Shown: positions 58,421-64,000 of the stretch, piece after piece | Position numbering within the stretch: the stretch's first letter is position 1 | Layout: every line of letters starts with the position of its first letter | Origin: Eledone cirrhosa | Taxonomy: Eukaryota | NCBI GenBank assembly: GCA_964016885.1 | Contig: OZ024753.1 | Coordinates: 31,930,001 to 31,994,000 of the forward strand | Direction of reading: 5' to 3' | Length of the DNA stretch: 64,000 nt | Made by a program: the position numbers and the translations under genes | The notes under the pieces: generated by a model | Told to the model about the DNA's origin: nothing | The model's database searches: none | The model's input: the letters and a program-made list of their open reading frames with translations, nothing else

Positions 58421-58874
58421 CTTAGATATCTCTATATATACATATATATGCCTGGGCTTCTATATGTCAGAGAGCGTTCTCGCACACTGTCAGGCTTTGT
58501 ATCCTTGGGGTTTGGTATAGGCTACGGATCTTTGTTGGTTCCAGTGAATATCATGAAAACTTGTCAATTTTAAAATGTTTATATTTAATTATTTTAATAT
58601 TTGAGTTAATTCCCCTTAAAGAAAAGGTAAAGTACTGGAGTTACTTACCTTGATAATAAACAGAAAAAAAGTTTACTTAATTTTTTTTTTTCTTAGAAGA
58701 AGAAATGAAGCATACGTAAAAAAATGAATTACTATAGCTCCAGAACAAGATGAAACCCACGATCATAACCTCATACATATTTCAATATCTAATCGAACTC
58801 ACCACCTTATGTCACGCACCTTCACACATGCAGAAACAGATATAGGAGCTCTTTATTTTAGATGTAGTACTTAC

Positions 58875-59040
58875 TATTATAATAAGCGTATGTATCCGTC
58901 TCAGTAGTATAATCATGACCTCGCAGCGAGTGTAGGCCAAAATCAGTGATTTTCAGCACAAACCTGCTGTCAATAACGCAGTTGGAACTCTTCAAATTAC
59001 CATGGCTTTTAATTTCACTGCTTTGGAGGTAGGCCATGCC
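58875..59040 (-). CDS. NPR1-like: Internal exon (166 nt, phase 0-1) of the receptor guanylyl cyclase: [55 protein letters not shown]
   Basis: Not in the ORF track; translated by hand. TTACAG acceptor and GTAAGT donor. Contains HGNLKSSN (pseudokinase, lacks the HRD catalytic Asp) and KITDFG motifs diagnostic of receptor guanylyl cyclase kinase-homology domains. Confidence 0.95.
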
Positions 59041-59246
59041 CTGTAATAAGCAGAGAGAACATTAAATATACATAACAAACCTACATACACAACACACAAA
59101 CGACTAAATTACTTCAAACATGTACTCCAGCGTAGAAGCAGTTTAATGATTGTAAACGTACCTAGCCTACCGAGTGCTCCTGTGGGATCAGAGATACATG
59201 CAAACCTTTTACGAAGCGCGTGTAACAGGTAGATACAGAATATAAA

Positions 59247-59283
<37 letters not shown>

Positions 59284-59708
59284 CAACCAACACATACTCA
59301 AAATTATATATATATATAAATAATTACTACCTGAAGTTGCGACCGATAGACAGTATTAGCAATTGGTAAGACCAACGGAAACAGTGTTCCCTCGGTCCTA
59401 TTTGATGAAAGTCGATCGATTGTTGATATATATAAGGTGTGTGAGAGAGAGGAGTGACAGAGGGAGTGAGAAAGAGAGGGGGAGTGAAGGAGAGTATTAA
59501 ACATAATTTGCACAGATTAAAAGTTTATGCAAACATTTTTTGCTCTCATCTTTTTTAGGGATCTTCCGAAACCTAGTTGCTTCTCAATTTGCGTTAAGGG
59601 ATCGAAGTAAATCTTACCGTTTGAAAATCCCGAAATATATAGCGACTTTAATGCAGTATTTCTTTGTGTGTATTGTATTTGAAAGTAGAAGGTGATCAAC
59701 TAACTTAC

Positions 59709-59780
59709 CCTCACAATATCTTGCATCAAAGAATAACGGAACATACCGTCTAGTTTCATCTCTTCGTTTTCTAGAACATC
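59709..59780 (-). CDS. NPR1-like: Internal exon (72 nt, phase 0-0) of a receptor guanylyl cyclase, natriuretic peptide receptor-like, kinase-homology domain: DVLENEEMKLDGMFRYSLMQDIVR
   Basis: Polypyrimidine tract plus CAG acceptor (59783-59781) and GTAAGT donor (59708-59703). The peptide matches the NPR1/2 segment [24 protein letters not shown] and splices in frame to the next exon. Exact orthology is not resolvable from this window. Confidence 0.93.
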
Positions 59781-60067
59781 CTGTAGAAAGACAGAGAGAG
59801 AGAGAGAGAAAAAAAAAGAGATTATATCATTTCTTAGTTCATAAAAGAGCGGTGAATTGTCAATATCGAAAGAACATTGGAAAAATTGCATTGTATTATT
59901 TAGTTACGACTGACTACGTTTTGAGTTCAAATTTGAGATCAACTTTGTCTTTCATTCTTCTGATATCGAGAAAATAAAGGACTGCAGTCAATATAATCGA
60001 CTTTGTGTTTAATGTAGAAGTTATTAGTTAGTCGATGACAGTAATACATAGAACATAACTGACACAA

Positions 60068-60191
<124 letters not shown>

Positions 60192-61024
60192 ACCAAAAAA
60201 ATAAACACGAGCGCGACCTGTTGAAAATAGAAAATTATATTTTATAATGAAGCAGAAAACTCGAGCTGTTTTCTTAATGAAATGGCCATAATTGTTAGGA
60301 AGGGAATTAGAGTTATCTCCCTTGAACATTCATCGAAATGACGCTAGACCAAAACATTATGACAGTTGCGTTGTATGTTTATATAGACGTGTGTGAAATG
60401 TTATTGTTTAACTGATAAAATACCACAGAAGGTCAACAAGGCTGGCGCTCTCTTATCACTCCACATCTCCCTTAGCTGTCTAACTCCCGCTTTGATCAGG
60501 TTTCTTTCAACAGAGACAGGTGGAATGTTCAGCAGCTGGCAGCGATGCGTTCCATCAATGCAGTATATATATGCAACATTTTCATTTGAGCGTGTGGCTA
60601 CCATATTGAACTTAACACCCATATCTTTACCCACCATCGGCTGCTATGAAGAGGAACGTTATCGTCAACTTTTATGAACTACAAATATGTGAGTGTATAT
60701 GTGTACCCGTATATGCGTGTGTGCGACAGTGTTGTAACATATATTGTTAGGTAAGGAACGGGAGTTATCTCCCTTGATCTACCTCTTGACAGACTCGAGA
60801 CAAGCGTTATATGATGGCTGTATTGCCTGCTGTACGTTTGTGTGTCTCCGTGTGTGTGCGTGTGCGTGTGCGTGTGTGTGCATGCGTGTGTGCGCGTGTG
60901 TGCGTGTGTGCGTGCGTGTGTGTGCGCGTTTCTGCATATATGTAAGTTGTATGTATGTGTACATATATATATGTATATATGTATGTATAAATGTATAAAT
61001 GGTTATGCGCATGTGTGTGTATAC

Positions 61025-61077
<53 letters not shown>

Positions 61078-61367
61078 GTGTGTGCTTTCTGTTTATATGT
61101 AAGATGTATGTATGTGTACGTATGCATGTATATATGTATAAATGGTTATGCGCAATTGTGTGTATCGCTGTGTGACAGTGTGTAAGTACAAGTCAGTGTT
61201 TGGCCTAACACTGTACTGCTGAGTACTACACCACGGTGTCTATGTGTTTGTGTGTGTGTGTGTCTGTGTGTGTGTGTCTCTGTGTGTGTGTGTCAGTGTG
61301 TCAGTGTGTGTGTGTGTGTGTGTGTGTATGTGTCTGTGTGTGTGTGTCTGTGTGTGTGTGTGTGTGT

Positions 61368-61422
<55 letters not shown>

Positions 61423-61469
61423 TGTGTGTCTGTGTGTGTGTCTGTGTGTGTAATGATTTCTAATTCACA

Positions 61470-62520
61470 CAGAAGACCAGTAGTTCGATAAAATCGACTA
61501 TATTGACTGACACTTTATTTCATCGATCTCTGAAGGATGAAAGACTAAGTTGATTTCAGCAACATTTAATAAAAAAAAACATAAATAAACTCGTAAATAA
61601 ATACCCCAAAGCATTTTGTCCATCGCTCTAACGATTCTACAAATCCACGACCCTTAAATAATTGTTTCTAGCAATGGCACAAGGCCAGCAATTTCATGGA
61701 AGGGGATAGTCGATTATATCTTGTCCAGTACATAACTGGTACTTTATTTTCTCGACCTCTGAAGGATGAAAGGCAAAGTTTGCTTCAGCGGAATTTGAAC
61801 TCAGAACGTAGAAAGTTGTAACAAAATACCGCAAAGTATTTTGTCCAACGCTCCATCGATTCTGCAAGTCTATCACCCCTTGTAAATAATTGTTTCTAGT
61901 TTTGGCACAAGGCCAGCAATTATCCCAGTGTATTACTGGTTCTTTATTTTATCGAACCCGTAAGGATGAAAGGCAAAGTTAACCTCCGCGGGATTTGAAC
62001 TCAGACCATAAAGGACCGTAACTCTTTGCTGCAAAGAAGGCGTCACACCCTCTACCGATACTGCCAATCCACCAAATGATTCTAATATAAGCACAAGACC
62101 AGAAAATGTTTGCGAGGGGTAATTTAATTAAACCAAACCAAGTACTTCACCGGTATTTATTTTATCGACATCGGAAGGATGAAAAGCAAAGTTGACATCG
62201 GTGTTATTTGAGCTCACAATATAAAGAGCAAGAACAAACACTGCTAAGCATTTGTCTGACACTCATCGACTCTACCAATCCATCACCCTTTATCTATGGA
62301 ATTAATGGTTTCTGATTTAGGCACAAGGTCAACAATTTTGTGGGGGAGAGGAAAGTCGATTAAATCGACCCCAACGTGTTATTAGTACTTTATTTCATCG
62401 ACCCTGTAAGGATGAAAGGCAAAGCTAACCTCGGCGGGATTTGAACGTAGAACGTAAAAGGTTGTAACTATATGTTGCAAGGAATTGTGACCAATGCTTT
62501 ACTGATACTGCCAATATATA
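61470..62520 (-). mobile_element. Cluster of about five diverged SINE family A-related copies
   Basis: Recurrent GGATGAAAGGCAAAG / GGCACAAGGCCAG blocks. Confidence 0.8.
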
Positions 62521-63039
62521 GTTGACATAGACATAAACGTGAGTACACACACACACATATACACGTTGATATGTTGTTATACAGGTAGATGTGTGAACAC
62601 ACACACTGATGCATGGGTGCACAGGAAAACACATTTTTATATGCATACATGCGTTGTTTTCTCTCCTTTTCTCTTTTGCATCTAGTTATACACATACGCA
62701 CACAACCAAATACACATCCAAACACACAACACACACTGACACACTCACGCACATAGACATGTAGATATGAATATAGACATATATACACCTTATAAGTGGT
62801 GCTCGAATACACGTACACATACAGACACATATATACACACATATATACTGACAGAAATAATGCAGAATACGCTTATACGTAAACATAGATACACAACTAC
62901 GGCCGTACACACACCAAGCTTGCGTGGTGGAGAAGGTGATTTTGGACACCCCGCGGATGAAAAAAAAAACCCGCCCAAGGGCGAATAAACTCAGTAGAGT
63001 CAACAGCCATCCAATAAAGTAAATTTTTTTTTATCGTGG

Positions 63040-64000
63040 AGCGAGAAACATACAAACATATATACATACATACATGCACATACATACATGCATATACTTG
63101 CAAGCATATACTTACATACACACACATATAATACATACATCATATATACATATATATGTATGCACATATACATACGCACATGCACACACAAATCATGCAT
63201 GGTTGAAAAGATTACGGATCACTTCTTGTAGAAAAAAAAACACGTATAGAAAATCACAAACACACAGGTACACATACATACACACATGTACATACACATA
63301 TACGCATACATACATTCATACAACCATACGCCCACATCTACACACGCAAACACTCACAGAGCTACATATACATACACACAGAAAACATACATACACACAC
63401 ACTCAGCTACTCACACATAAACACACATACAAACACAGCTATACATACATACACATATTCAGAGTCATACACAAACAGGCACACACACACACACACACAC
63501 ACACAATCACACACATACAGACATATATACACAGCCATATACACAAAACCACACACACACACAGCCATACACAAACAGGCACACATACACACATACAGAC
63601 ATACATACACAGCCATACACACAAAACCACACACACACACAGCCATACACAAACAGGCACACACACACAGACATACATACACAGCCATACACAAAAAACC
63701 ACACACACACACAGCCATACACAAACAGGCACACACACACATACAGACATACATACGCACCCATACACACACAGCTATACACAAACAGGCACACACACAT
63801 ACAGACATACATACACACCCATACACACACAGCCATACACAAACAGGCACACACACACATACAGACATACATACACAGCCATACACACAAAACCGCACAC
63901 ACACACACACACAGCCATACACAAACAGGCACACACACACACAATCACACACATACAGACATACATACACATCCATACACACACACACCCACACAGCCCT
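63040..64000. repeat. CA/CATA-rich compound repeat
   Basis: Direct reading. Confidence 0.92.

Noticed and set aside
60393-60677. 94-aa and 78-aa overlapping ORFs as the upstream guanylyl cyclase exon
   Set aside because: Lacks the expected F.GAC...TEYC.KGSLQ motif; that exon must lie beyond the window end.

Overview
Eukaryotic, AT-rich and extremely repeat-rich DNA. The tRNA-derived SINE families and microsatellite load resemble an octopod cephalopod genome (inference from repeat recognition). Only three protein-coding exons are supported, all on the minus strand: 59780-59709, 59040-58875 and 42674-42513. They have canonical AG/GT boundaries, splice in frame, and encode the pseudokinase (kinase-homology) domain of a receptor guanylyl cyclase of the natriuretic-peptide-receptor (NPR1/NPR2-like) type. 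The rest is intron filled with minisatellites (31, 33, 48, 90, 21, 15, 71 and 47 bp units), SINEs, RTE/R4-Dong/CR1-like LINE remnants, a mariner fossil, a Helitron and MITEs. Nearly all long ORFs in the supplied track are microsatellite artefacts. The most interesting signal is a set of short foldback or tandem elements embedded in (TA)n that carry minimal type-I hammerhead ribozyme motifs (CUGANGA...GAAA, palindromic loop III). These include a 417-nt tandem dimer resembling a Penelope pseudo-LTR or non-LTR retrozyme. Other highlights are a ~130-fold amplified 5' splice site, inverted SINEs bracketing a frame-symmetric exon, and a candidate antisense promoter with E2F/CHR motifs.
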